Source: an uncultured Spirochaetota bacterium (lineage in GTDB: Bacteria > Spirochaetota > Spirochaetia > SZUA-6 > CAVTHK01). Taken from it: 64,000 bases of DNA. Position numbers and translations under genes: made by a program. The notes under the pieces were generated by a model. That model had not been told where the DNA came from and made no database searches. It saw only the letters and a program-made list of their open reading frames with translations. Of this stretch, positions 10,997 to 20,427 are shown piece after piece. The DNA lies in the NCBI GenBank assembly GCA_963734495.1, contig CAVTHK010000012.1:1-64000 (forward strand). Reading direction: 5' to 3'. Position 1 is the stretch's first letter. Each line of letters opens with the position of its first letter.

Positions 10997-11862
10997 AGCC
11001 GCTGCGCACGCGCATGGAAGAAGCTCGCAAGCGGCTTGGCCTTCCCTGGGAGGTGCTCGAACGAGACTACCTTCTGTCCTGGATTCTGGCCGGCATCGGT
11101 CGTGTTCCTGGCTTTCGCGACGCACTTGCATTCAAGGGTGGGACTGCACTGAGAAAGTGTTACTTCGGCAACTACCGGTTCTCTGAAGACCTGGACTTCA
11201 CCGCAATCGGTTCGATCCCCGCAGGAGAGTCCATGGAGCGCGCGATCCGCGATGCGTGTGCGGTAGCGGCGAACCTCCTCGATCCCTATGCACCTGTGGA
11301 GATCGTGTCGACGCGCCACGTCGAACGCGATCCGCATCCCGCCGATCAGGAGGCGTTCGACATTCGCGCGCGATTGCCCTGGCACCGAGGGCTGCAAGTC
11401 AGGGTCATGGTCGAGGTGTCGACAGATGAGAAGGTGCTCAGACCGACTGTACGACGCCCGCTGTTTCACGACTACGGTGAGCCAATGGAGACTGAGTTGA
11501 CGGTTTATTCCCTGGAGGAGATCGTCGCGGAGAAGCTGCGCGCCATCCTCCAACACCTGCAGTCACTGGAGCGCCGGGGCTGGGCTCGTTCTCGCGCCCG
11601 CGACTACTATGACCTCTGGCGGATCCTCACCGGCTATCGCAACCGAATGGAGGTCTCCGACTTCCGCTCTTTCCTCCGTGCGAAGTGCGCCGTGAAGAGT
11701 GTGGCCTTCGCGGGCACCGAAGACTTCTTCTCGGAGGCGATGCTTTCGGCCGTCCAAACGACCTGGGAGCAGTGGCTCGGGCCGCTGGTGCCTGACCTTC
11801 CGCCCTGCGGGGAAGTGATCAGCCAACTCCGCCCACTTGTCGCCGATCTCGTTGGGTCCTGA
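10993..11862 (+). CDS. abiEii: AbiEii/AbiGii nucleotidyltransferase toxin
   Basis: FKGGTAL..CYF..YRFSEDLDF, EKLRA, RARDYYDL; ATGA overlap with abiEi. Confidence 0.9.
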   Translation: MKPLRTRMEEARKRLGLPWEVLERDYLLSWILAGIGRVPGFRDALAFKGGTALRKCYFGNYRFSEDLDFTAIGSIPAGESMERAIRDACAVAANLLDPYAPVEIVSTRHVERDPHPADQEAFDIRARLPWHRGLQVRVMVEVSTDEKVLRPTVRRPLFHDYGEPMETELTVYSLEEIVAEKLRAILQHLQSLERRGWARSRARDYYDLWRILTGYRNRMEVSDFRSFLRAKCAVKSVAFAGTEDFFSEAMLSAVQTTWEQWLGPLVPDLPPCGEVISQLRPLVADLVGS

Positions 11863-11889
11863 AGCGGCCCTTCAGAAGCATCACGTAGC

Positions 11890-12055
11890 TCTGAGCGGCT
11901 GGGCTACTTGTCCCTGCCGCCTTTTCCCCCGGCCTGCCGCAGCTTGTGATCATCATCGTGCAACTCCGGCATCCAGAGATCGATGACGAACCGTGCAGCG
12001 GGCGTGAGGTGCCGAGCTGCTGTGGACAGCGTGTCGCGATGAGGGTAACTTGGCA
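11890..12055 (+). pseudogene. Possible eroded HicA toxin remnant
   Basis: Fragments resembling ERLGY, HH and GI.EI directly upstream of hicB; no intact frame. Confidence 0.25.
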
Positions 12056-12057
12056 AC

Positions 12058-12267
12058 GTGGTGCGCTACGAGATCATCATCTACTGGAACAGCGAGGACG
12101 AGGCGTTCATCGCGGAAGTGCCGGAGCTTCCCGGATGCGCTGCTGACGGGTCCACTTACCAGGAGGCTCTGCGGAACGCGGAGACCATCATCGCGGAGTG
12201 GATCGAGACTGCCAAGGAGTTGGGACGCCCTATTCCCGAGCCCAGGGGACGGCTGGTCTTCGCGTAG
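12058..12267 (+). CDS. hicB: HicB-family antitoxin
   Basis: AFIAEVPELPGCAADGSTYQEAL...GRPIPEPRGRL. Confidence 0.9.
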   Translation: MVRYEIIIYWNSEDEAFIAEVPELPGCAADGSTYQEALRNAETIIAEWIETAKELGRPIPEPRGRLVFA

Positions 12268-12407
12268 GAGGGTTGATAGTTGCGGGCGGAGATGTCGCGC
12301 CCCGCTCGTTGAGGCGGCACGGCTCGGTGTGCTGCCTCACTTGCTCAGAGTTGGCGGCCCGCGGCAGGTTGCAGCTCGCCGCCAGCCGGGCACCGCCCGG
12401 GCCGCCG

Positions 12408-12884
12408 CTACGTCATGGGGGTGAGGCTCCCGTCCTTGAGAAGCCAGAGGTCCTCGATCCGCGCGAGGTGAAAGCCGTCGTGCAGCGCGATGTGCCGCAC
12501 AAGAAGCTCAAAGCCGTAGCTCTCGTATTCCGGATGCACCGCGGTCCTGCGCCAGACATCATCGGACACGCCGCGGATGAGGCGCACCTGCTTTTCGCGC
12601 CAGCGCGCAAAGGCCTCAACCAGCCCGGCCGCCGTGGGCGTGCCCTTGCCCGCGACCCTGGTCGGCGTATAGGGCGTGATCACGGGGTTGGGCTGGTCGC
12701 GGAACATCTCGAGGCGGGCCATCAGCACCTCCTGCGTCTCCACCAGGTGAAGCAGGTGCTCAAAGATGGTCCAGTAGCCTTCGCCCCGCTTCCTGTTGAG
12801 CGCCGGCTCCGGTATCGCCGACACGAGCTCCGCCAGCAGGCGCGGGCCGAGCTCGAGGGCGTCGATCAACGTCTTGTGATCCAT
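12408..12884 (-). CDS. DinB-family protein
   Basis: WTIFEHLLHL ... HIALHDGFHL; ATG 12884 after AAGGAGG. Confidence 0.8.
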   Translation of the reverse strand: MDHKTLIDALELGPRLLAELVSAIPEPALNRKRGEGYWTIFEHLLHLVETQEVLMARLEMFRDQPNPVITPYTPTRVAGKGTPTAAGLVEAFARWREKQVRLIRGVSDDVWRRTAVHPEYESYGFELLVRHIALHDGFHLARIEDLWLLKDGSLTPMT

Positions 12885-12901
12885 GGGGTCCTCCTTGGCG
12901 C

Positions 12902-13874
12902 TCACCCAGCCACGCGGATGACGATCTTGCCCTTGGCGTGCCCCTGCTCGAGCTCCCGCAGCGCCTGCGCGGTCTCCGCCAGCGGATAGACGCGGTCGAT
13001 GACCGCCTTCACCTTGCCCTCGTCGACGAGGCGCGTGAGGAATTCGATCCTCTCCGTCTCGGGCTTCGCGTTGACGACTGCGAGTGTCTTGCCCTGCGAG
13101 CCCAGGAACGGGCCGAGCAGCAACGCCTCGGCCAGCTGCCTGTTCTTGCCGCCGACCATCAGGTATCGCCCGCCCGGGACGCAGCGCGTCCCTGTAGCGC
13201 CGGATCGGGATGTAGCCGTTGACCGCGATGATCACGTCGTAGCGCTGCCCGCTGCGGGTGAAGTCCTCCCTGCCGTAGTCGACGACAAAGTCGGCGCCCA
13301 GCGCGCGGGCCTGCTCGGCCTTGCCGGCACTGCAGACCGCAGTGACCTCGGCGCCCAGGGCCTTGGCGATCTGCACGGCAAAGATCCCGACGCCTCCCGA
13401 CGCGCCGGCGATCACCACCCTGGCACCCGGGCCGACGCGGCCCATGTCCCGCAGCGCCCTCACCGCCGTGCCGCCCGCCAGCGGAAGGGTTGCCGCTTCC
13501 TCAAAGCTCATGGATTTCGGCTTGAGCGCGAGCAGGCCGTGGGGCACGCAGGTGTACTCGGCGCAGCCGCCGAACCCGGCCGGGAACAGGTCGGCGATCA
13601 CCTCGTCGCCGGGCTTGAAGCGCGACACGCCGGGGCCCATGGCCTCGACGGTGCCCGCCATGTCGCTGCCCGGCCCCTTGATGCGCGGGCGGGCGAGGCC
13701 CATATTCAGCCGCACGAGAAACGGGTCGGCCCTCACCATGCGCCAGTCCGCGGCGTTGAGGCCGGCCGCGGCGATGCGCACGAGCACCTGGTTGGCGGCC
13801 GGCACCGGCTTGGGCACGTCCCGCAACTCGAGCACGTCGGGCGATCCGTAGCGGGGGCAGACGATAGCTTTCAT
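12902..13874 (-). CDS. MDR-family NAD(P)-dependent oxidoreductase, frameshift near 13176
   Basis: YGSPDVLEL, GASGGVG, C-terminal GHAKGKIVI in the second frame. Confidence 0.85.
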
Positions 13875-13920
13875 GGGGATAGGGTAGCGGGGGGGCGCTG
13901 GTGGGGCAAGGGCGCGCTCT

Positions 13921-14078
13921 GGGCGTGCCCCCGAGGGCGACGATCGCTGCGGCTCGGGGTCGCGTGCTGCGGGGGTTCGGTCCTCGGCGGGCGGCGCTGG
14001 CGAGCATCGAGCCCCGCCGCGCGCCGCGCCTTCGGACCGGCCGGGCTCTCGCCCGGCCGCCCCTCCGCCCGCTCACGC
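13921..14078 (+). repeat. Structured interspersed repeat, copy 2
   Basis: Same conserved blocks as 134-298, with different but still base-paired internal hairpins. Confidence 0.8.
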
Positions 14079-14428
14079 AGGGAGCTGGCGATGACGCGCG
14101 TGTTGGCCGTGGCTGAGTGTGGCAGCAGGCCGCTCCCACTGATTCGGCAAAAGCATCCCGTCGTGCTATTGCTGCCGCAGCAGGGCGAGCAGGCTCTCTC
14201 GGTTCAGGGCAGCGGCCGCGCCGGGCGATTCCAGAAAGGCCTCACGTCGGCCACTGCCGCAGGCCAGTCCAGGCGGGTCAGTCTCTCCGCGACGATGGCG
14301 CGCCACAATTGCGCATCCACCGCGGGGCCGCTCCAGCCAGTCTGCGCAAGAGCGTTGCGCAAGAGCGTGATGTTGGGCCCCGGTCACGAGCGGTCGGCGA
14401 GATACCAGGCCAGGTCAAAGAGGGGGTG

Positions 14429-14458
14429 TTGACAATGTAGCCACAAGAAGCTACATTG
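14429..14458 (+). promoter_or_regulatory. Sigma70 promoter with overlapping palindromic operator of the TA operon
   Basis: TTGACA-17nt-TACATT; inverted repeat CAATGTAGC-N8-GCTACATTG; ATG 7 nt after the -10. Confidence 0.8.
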
Positions 14459-14464
14459 GGACAA

Positions 14465-14761
14465 ATGCCGACGCTCAAGACGGTCGGGATACGGGAGCTC
14501 AAGAATCGGCTTAGCGAGTACCTGCGGGAGGTCCGGCTGGGCACAACCATCTTGGTGACCGACCGAGGGACGGCCATCGCCGAGATCAGAGAGCCGTCGA
14601 TGGGCAGCACACCGCTGACAGACAACAGCCTGCTCCAAGCCTGGATTGGCGAGGGCAAGGTGCGCGGTCCTCTCTCGGCAAGGAAGCAAGCGGGGCTCAC
14701 GCCCCTCCACTTGCCTGACGGCACATCGCAGGCGCTTCTCGACAAGGAACGGGGCTCATGA
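14465..14761 (+). CDS. Phd/YefM-type antitoxin (VapB)
   Basis: VGIRELKNRLSEYLREV..G..ILVTDRG. Confidence 0.9.
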   Translation: MPTLKTVGIRELKNRLSEYLREVRLGTTILVTDRGTAIAEIREPSMGSTPLTDNSLLQAWIGEGKVRGPLSARKQAGLTPLHLPDGTSQALLDKERGS

Positions 14762-15189
14762 GGTCGGTGTACGTCGAGACTTCGGCGGTCCTTGCGTGGC
14801 TCCTCGGGGAGAGCAGGGCGACAACTGTCCTGTCAATCATCAACGATGCCGAGAGCGTGCTGACTTCGGTGCTCACCGGAGTCGAGGTGCGCAGGAGCCT
14901 GGCCAGGGCCCGCGCAGCCGGAGCAATCAGCGAGGCGGCGGCCGCTCACCTTGATGGCATCTTCGAGACCGTCTCGCGGACTTGGATCCTGATGGAAGCA
15001 GGTCCCGAAGTGCGGGCGCGCGCCGCCGCGCCGTTCCCCGTCGAGCCGATTCGGACTCTGGACGCAATACATCTGGCGACGGCCCTGGAGTTCCTCAGGG
15101 CAGTCGAGGACGTGCGTGTGCTTTCGCTCGACAAGAGGGTTCTCGACAACATCGGACCGCTCGGAATGCAGCCAGCCGCAGCAGCCTGA
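14758..15189 (+). CDS. vapC: PIN-domain VapC toxin
   Basis: YVETSA..., IRTLDAIHLATA, LSLDKR. Confidence 0.9.
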   Translation: MRSVYVETSAVLAWLLGESRATTVLSIINDAESVLTSVLTGVEVRRSLARARAAGAISEAAAAHLDGIFETVSRTWILMEAGPEVRARAAAPFPVEPIRTLDAIHLATALEFLRAVEDVRVLSLDKRVLDNIGPLGMQPAAAA

Positions 15190-15461
15190 CCCGGGATCTG
15201 GGCGCCCATAGGGAGTGGTCCGAGCCGCCGCGGCCCTTTGACGCCGCCGGCCGCTGGGTGGTCGACGACCGGCGCAGCGACGACTAGGTCGACTACGGGA
15301 TTTGGGTCGAGCCCGAAACGGGCGTCGTGCGCGCCCTATGGCGGAGCAGCCGGCGCGCCAGTTGGCCAAGCGCACTGCGCGCCCGGTTGCGGAACGTCAC
15401 CATCCGCGCACAATGTTTGCTGCCCGGCCGCCCCGGCGCGGCGAGCGACTGGAGAAGAGGC

Positions 15462-16923
15462 ATGCAGGCACTCGACGAGCTGGTTCAGGGCATGAGCCGG
15501 GGGCGGGGCTGGAGCCACATGGGCGACGCGGACGCCGTGCGCGATCTGCTCTCGCGGGTCTACGACGAGCGGTATCACAAGGGCGCTCACCACAAAGACC
15601 GTTTCCAGGTGAGGGTCAACCTTCAGAAAAAGGACGACGCAGCCTCGTACGCCGGGTGGATCACCGCCGAAAACCCCACCTCGGGCCCTTATCAGGGCAC
15701 CTCGTTCGTGTGGTTCCCTGGCGAGGAGGGGAGCGTTGCCGTCCTGGTGGTGGGCACCGACGGCTTTGGAGCCGACAGCTCGATCCTCGGCCGACCCGGA
15801 CACGCGCGGCGCTTGCGCGCGTTGTCTCGCCTGCACAAGGGCAGGCTCTGGGTCAAGCCAGATCTCCTGGACATCACGACCGAAGTCCCCGGCGCGACCT
15901 CGCAGCAGTGGCCTGACATCGCGGCCGCGCTCAAGGCCTACGCGCGGGTCATCTACGCCGCGGCGGCCGTGCGCGGCGACGCCGACCGCCCGGTCGTGGA
16001 GGACCTGCTCGACCTGTTCTTCCACGAGCACGGCACGCCGCTCACGGGCGCCGCCAAGGAGCGATGGGCAGACCGGCTCGGGAGCATCGCCGGAGCGGTC
16101 TTTCCCGCCGTCGATGCCGAGCAAGTGCTTGCGATCCTGAGGGAACGGCGCTTTGTCATCCTCGAAGGGCCGCCGGGCACCGGCAAGACCCGGCTCGCCT
16201 TTGCGCTCGCCCGGGCGATCGGATCGTCCACGCGCGTGCAGTTCCACGCGGCGCGCACCTACGAGGATTTCGTGGTCGGCCTCTTTCCGCGTCCCACGGG
16301 GCAGGGGCTCGCCTTCGACGTGCGCCCCGGCGATCTGCTCGTGGCCAACGCCGCGGCCAGGGACCGCGAGCACGTGCTCGTCATCGACGAGATCAATCGC
16401 GCGGACCTTGCGCGGGTGCTGGGCGAAGCCGTGGCCCTCTTTGAAGTCGGCGAAACAGCGCGCAGCGTCCGCCTTCCGCACACGCCGCAGGGGTTCGAGC
16501 CGGATCTCACGCTGTCGCCCCACCTTCTCGTTGTCGGGACCAGGAACACGGCCGACCGGACCATCGCGCGAATGGACCTGGCCATCCGTCGCCGCTTCGC
16601 GTTTATCGAGGTGTGGCCGGACCTGCGGGCGGTCGAGGCCGAAGGCGTGGACCTCGCCACGCAGCTCTTTGAGGACACCGTCCACACGTTCGTGGAGTTT
16701 GCCGACGACGACACCTTGCGACTGGTCCCCGGCCACGCGTACTTTCTGGACCCGCGTCCCGATCTCGACGCCGGCGGCCGGGGCGGCCGCGTGGCGCGCC
16801 GCATGCGCTTTGAGCTCGTGCCGCTGCTGCGGCACTACCTCGACGAAAAGCTGTGCGGCGCGGCCACGGAGGCCATAGCCGGGCTCGCCGATCGGATCGA
16901 CGCGCGGCTGCTGGAGACGCTGA
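15462..16923 (+). CDS. mcrB: McrB-family AAA+ GTPase
   Basis: GPPGTGKT, QFH...YEDFV, IDEINRA, McrB NxxD motif (NTADRT), IRRRFAF; the expected TGA at 16921 is out of frame by one extra base in this sequence. Confidence 0.85.
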
Positions 16924-16927
16924 CGGC
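16892..16927 (+). repeat. Direct repeat L (mcrB end / mcrC start junction)
   Basis: TCGGATCGACGCGCGGCTGCTGGAGACGCTGACGGC, matches 26557-26591. Confidence 0.85.
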
Positions 16928-16974
16928 GGGTGCGCGGGCCGCCGAGCCAGGGGCGGAAGCGTGTAGCGCTTCGA

Positions 16975-17365
16975 CGGACCTGTTTCCTCGGAAACGTTTT
17001 TTCAGAAACGCCGCGGACATTTCTGGAGCAGGGTGCGGTCGGGCTTGGCCGGAAGCGTCGATTTCGGCCGACCGGGCCTTCTTCAATTTTCCAGAGCCCG
17101 AAGTCGAGCGTGTCGGGCGCGGCCTCTACCGCATCGCCGCCGCCGAGCCCACCGAGAGTTGCTCGCTCGCCATGGCCTGCGCACGCGTGCCGCAGCGTCA
17201 TCTGCGTGTGCACGGGATAGGAACCCAGACCCCTGCCGAGGTATGGCTGGCAATCCCGCATAAGGCGCGGGCACCTCGACTCCGCGAGCTGCGGCTGCGC
17301 ATCGTGCGATTCAGTGGTTCTGTGTTGACCTTGGGGTACAGGAGATCGAGCTCGAGGGCGTCCAC
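16975..17365 (+). pseudogene. Truncated AbiEi-family antitoxin
   Basis: VERVGRGLYR, HGIGTQTPAEVWLAI, RIVRFSG, then GVQEIELEGV after a frameshift; cut off at the PIN gene end. Confidence 0.65.
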
Positions 17366-17391
17366 CGCGCGGAGGCCTCGCCCAGCCGATC

Positions 17392-17799
17392 CTATCTCAG
17401 CTCGGGGAGCACCCGCAGGCCCTGCTCGGCGAAGTGAGCATCGAAGCAGAAGGCGGTGTTCAGGTGGAGCCGGCGCATCGTCTCGAAACTCACGCAATCG
17501 ACCAGGCTCAGCTCCCGCCGCCCCGCGACGAGCAGCGCATGATGGGCGGACCTGTGGGTCCCCTCATCGACCCAGGACACGTCGAGGACCGGCAGGATGT
17601 CGGATGTCAAGACACGCACCGCGTCGATCCCGATGCGCGCCTGCATGAGCGCAACCGTCTCGACGAGAACGTAGCTGCTCGTGTAAAGCGAGTGCTCTCC
17701 TCGCAGCATCTCGGTCCACTCGGCTCTCGCGGCTTCGTGATGCTCATCGGCCGCGTCGATCACGGCGTAGAGGGCCGAGGTGTCGACGAAGACGTTCAC
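17392..17799 (-). CDS. vapC: PIN-domain VapC toxin
   Basis: VFVDTSA, LSLVDCVSF, FCFDAHF. Confidence 0.9.
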   Translation of the reverse strand: MNVFVDTSALYAVIDAADEHHEAARAEWTEMLRGEHSLYTSSYVLVETVALMQARIGIDAVRVLTSDILPVLDVSWVDEGTHRSAHHALLVAGRRELSLVDCVSFETMRRLHLNTAFCFDAHFAEQGLRVLPELR

Positions 17800-18044
17800 C
17801 GCCCAAAGGCCTCGCCCAGGTAGTCGTCGTGGCGCCGGGAAACATCGCTGCGGGACGATCGGAAGCGTCCTGCGGCCTCGATGGCCCGCCGGCGAAGATC
17901 CTCGGGCTGCGCGGTCGTGTCCCGTTCCAAGACGGTGTCGATCCCCTGGCGGATCAACTCGGCGACGGAAGAACCCGTGCGAGCCGCAAGGGCCTTTAGC
18001 CTTTGCGATTGCTTCTCGGTGAGTTGGATCTGTGTCCGCACCAT
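17796..18044 (-). CDS. Ribbon-helix-helix (CopG-like) antitoxin
   Basis: MVRTQIQLT...SVAELIRQGID...HDDYL. Confidence 0.85.
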   Translation of the reverse strand: MVRTQIQLTEKQSQRLKALAARTGSSVAELIRQGIDTVLERDTTAQPEDLRRRAIEAAGRFRSSRSDVSRRHDDYLGEAFGR

Positions 18045-18087
18045 GATTAATCCGAGGCCATCATGATAACGCCGCCCGGTGCGGAAG

Positions 18088-18315
18088 TCAACTGACAGTC
18101 CGACCGGTTCGACACCCGGCTGCTCGAGCTCTGACGGGCAGGGCACGGGCCGCACCGCCCATTGTAAAGGCGTTCACGGGATTGGGTCGGGGGATGGTCA
18201 AGATGCGGCTGCCGTCGGTCATCACGATATGCTTGCTCTCGCGAACGACGCGAAATCCAGCTCTCTGGAGCGCGCGCACCGCATCCAGGTGGTTGATGCC
18301 CGGAATCTTGGGCAC
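18088..18315 (-). CDS. hicA: HicA-family toxin, C-terminus aberrant
   Basis: ALQRAGFRVVRESKHIVMTDG..ILTIPR; similarity lost after MGG. Confidence 0.7.
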   Translation of the reverse strand: MPKIPGINHLDAVRALQRAGFRVVRESKHIVMTDGSRILTIPRPNPVNAFTMGGAARALPVRARAAGCRTGRTVS

Positions 18316-18319
18316 GAGA

Positions 18320-18517
18320 CTACGCCGGGACCTCGACCTCGCGAATCACGGCTCCTTCGAGCAACTGATCTCTCGCGGCGAGATACTCCCGGATCGCGTC
18401 CTTTATGTTCTCGACCGCTTCGTGCTCCGTCGCCCCCTGTGACCAACAGCCGGGTAGTCCGGGGACACTGACGCTGAAGCCTTCGTCGTTCTGTTGCAGC
18501 GCGATCTTGTACCTCAT
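18320..18517 (-). CDS. hicB: HicB-family antitoxin
   Basis: SVSVPGLPGCWSQGATEHEAVENIKDAI. Confidence 0.9.
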   Translation of the reverse strand: MRYKIALQQNDEGFSVSVPGLPGCWSQGATEHEAVENIKDAIREYLAARDQLLEGAVIREVEVPA

Positions 18518-18550
18518 CGGCGTGATCTCCACCTTGCCCGCTTCCAGCCG

Positions 18551-18811
18551 CTACTCCCGGTCGCTTCGCGCGACGAGCGGGTACCTGTCGGGATGCCGGA
18601 TGCAGTCGACGTCCAGGTCGACATCAAGGTCGGGCCAATAGAAGTGACCTTCGCCTTGTTCGACTACGTTGAAGATCCGGTCCACCGCGGCCCGCCGGAA
18701 CCACGGGAACAAGTCGTGGTCGAGAAAGAGCTCCTCGGTCCCCCATGCCAGCCACAGGCCGAACGGGGTGACCTGGACGACTTCAACCTTCGAAGTGACG
18801 GTTCCAGGCAT
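18551..18811 (-). CDS. DUF2442 protein
   Basis: FPWFRRA...FYWPDLDVDL...HPDRYPL. Confidence 0.8.
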   Translation of the reverse strand: MPGTVTSKVEVVQVTPFGLWLAWGTEELFLDHDLFPWFRRAAVDRIFNVVEQGEGHFYWPDLDVDLDVDCIRHPDRYPLVARSDRE

Positions 18812-19022
18812 CGATGATCTCCTGCCTTCGTCTCCGAACGATTTCCTGGGCCTCCCGGGTCGACTGCTCACTCAGTCCTTTGGATGAGCACAGCTCGACT
18901 ACAGGTTCGATCCAGAACTTCGCCTCGCCGTCGGGACAGATGACGTGGACATGCAGTCGCGTCTCTTCGCGCGAGAAGAAGAAGAACCTGTAGCGACCTT
19001 CCCGAAAGATCGTGGGGCTCAC
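18783..19022 (-). CDS. DUF4160 protein
   Basis: SPTIFREGRYRFFFFSREE..LHVHV...EAKFWIEP. Confidence 0.85.
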   Translation of the reverse strand: MSPTIFREGRYRFFFFSREETRLHVHVICPDGEAKFWIEPVVELCSSKGLSEQSTREAQEIVRRRRQEIIDAWNRHFEG

Positions 19023-19212
19023 GCGACCATTATACAGCCGGAGGTTGCACCTGGCGAGGTCAGGGGAGTTGAGCAACGCTCGTTGGCGACCGGCTCGAGC
19101 GTCGGCACCGCGGCGGACACGACCCTCGGAGCCCGGCCGCGCCGCCTGCCTGGACCGCGGCGCCGTCGGGCCCTTTTTCGGCGCGACGAATCCGCGCCTC
19201 GTCGGCGCCGTG

Positions 19213-20427
19213 TCAGCCCGGCGTTTGTCCCTGGCCGATCTGAACACCGCCTGCCAATCGAAAGCCCATCTCGAGCAGGCGCGCTACCAGGTCGGCCTGC
19301 GGGATACGCTCCTGCTCCAGGCGCGCCGTTTTCGCCTCACGGCCCAATAGGGCCGCGAGAGCGAGCTCGCTCTCCGCGAGACCCTCGAGCGGCCCGTCGC
19401 GCCCGGCGGCGGTGTCTTCGACCGCCATCGACTTGTAGCGCTCCCACGTGGCCGCGTCCATGAGCAGCGGCTCTGCCCGGCCGAGGGCGGCGCGCACGGC
19501 GGCGAGGATCCTCAAGCCCGTGCGATCCATGTCTCCCCAGTACACGACGCGGCAGGATCGCAGCCACGGCAGCGAGCCGAGCACCGCGGCCTGAAAGCCG
19601 CTGCCCCAGATGCAGACCGCGCCCTCGACCGCGGGAAACGCCAGGAACGGCATCAGGTTCTCGACGACAAAGGCGGTGCGGCAGCGAACGTCGAGGCGCG
19701 CGAGCCGGGACGCGGGAGCGGCCAGGTCGTCCAACGGGCCGGGGGCGAGCGCCGGGTCGAGAAAGCGGACCCGGATCGTCGGCTCCGGGGTCTTGAGGCC
19801 AAAGCGCTGCTCAAAGGTCGTCGCCGCGGGGTCGATCGCCGTCGCCGGCAGCAGCAGGTCCAGGACGTCCCCGAGGATCCTGCGGTGCTCCTCGATGAAC
19901 TTGGTGTGAACGGGAACCGGCAGCTCGCGCACGTACAGGTCCGGGCGGGGATGGGCGGCAAAGTATCCGCACACGAGCACCAGATCCGGCCATTCGCCCA
20001 GGTGCTCGACAAAGCGCAGCGGCTTGTCCAGGACCCAGGTCGCAAGCCGAGGCAGCCGTTCCAGCACCAGCCGCGCCTCGGACACAAAGCGCTCGAGCTC
20101 GCGGCGCTTTCCCAGAAAGTCCAGGTAGTCCTCGCGGCTTTCAAAGGCGATCCGCTCGATGACCGTCTGCCGGCCGAGTGCGAGCGTGTTGACCTGCCGG
20201 TAGGTGAGGGTATAGCCGCGGCCCGTGGCGTTCTTGGACGCTGCGTGCAGGGCCTCCACGTCCCGACGGCCGGTCACGGCCTCCGTGCTCTTCCCACGGT
20301 CGGCGCGGACAGTCATCGGAAACAGCGGGTCGCCCGCGGTTGCGCCCGACGCCTCGTCGAGGGCCTCCCGCAGGACCTCCCCGTACCTGCGCAGGGCCTT
20401 GGCTCTGATCCCGTCGGGATCGATCAC
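19213..20427 (-). CDS. jetD: Wadjet JetD TOPRIM nuclease (DUF3322/DUF2220)
   Basis: YVRELPVPVHTKFIE, VVENL, YWGDMDRTG, RLEQERIP; GTGA overlap with jetC. Confidence 0.9.
   Translation of the reverse strand: MIDPDGIRAKALRRYGEVLREALDEASGATAGDPLFPMTVRADRGKSTEAVTGRRDVEALHAASKNATGRGYTLTYRQVNTLALGRQTVIERIAFESREDYLDFLGKRRELERFVSEARLVLERLPRLATWVLDKPLRFVEHLGEWPDLVLVCGYFAAHPRPDLYVRELPVPVHTKFIEEHRRILGDVLDLLLPATAIDPAATTFEQRFGLKTPEPTIRVRFLDPALAPGPLDDLAAPASRLARLDVRCRTAFVVENLMPFLAFPAVEGAVCIWGSGFQAAVLGSLPWLRSCRVVYWGDMDRTGLRILAAVRAALGRAEPLLMDAATWERYKSMAVEDTAAGRDGPLEGLAESELALAALLGREAKTARLEQERIPQADLVARLLEMGFRLAGGVQIGQGQTPG

Noticed and set aside
12408-13874. Dehydrogenase-DinB fusion ORF (488 aa)
   Set aside because: A frameshift near 13176 joins two separate genes; the DinB gene has its own RBS and ATG at 12884
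15327-17648. 773-aa McrB-AbiEi fusion protein
   Set aside because: Read-through is caused by one extra base before the TGA at 16921; the downstream part is a decayed AbiEi fragment and antisense PIN sequence
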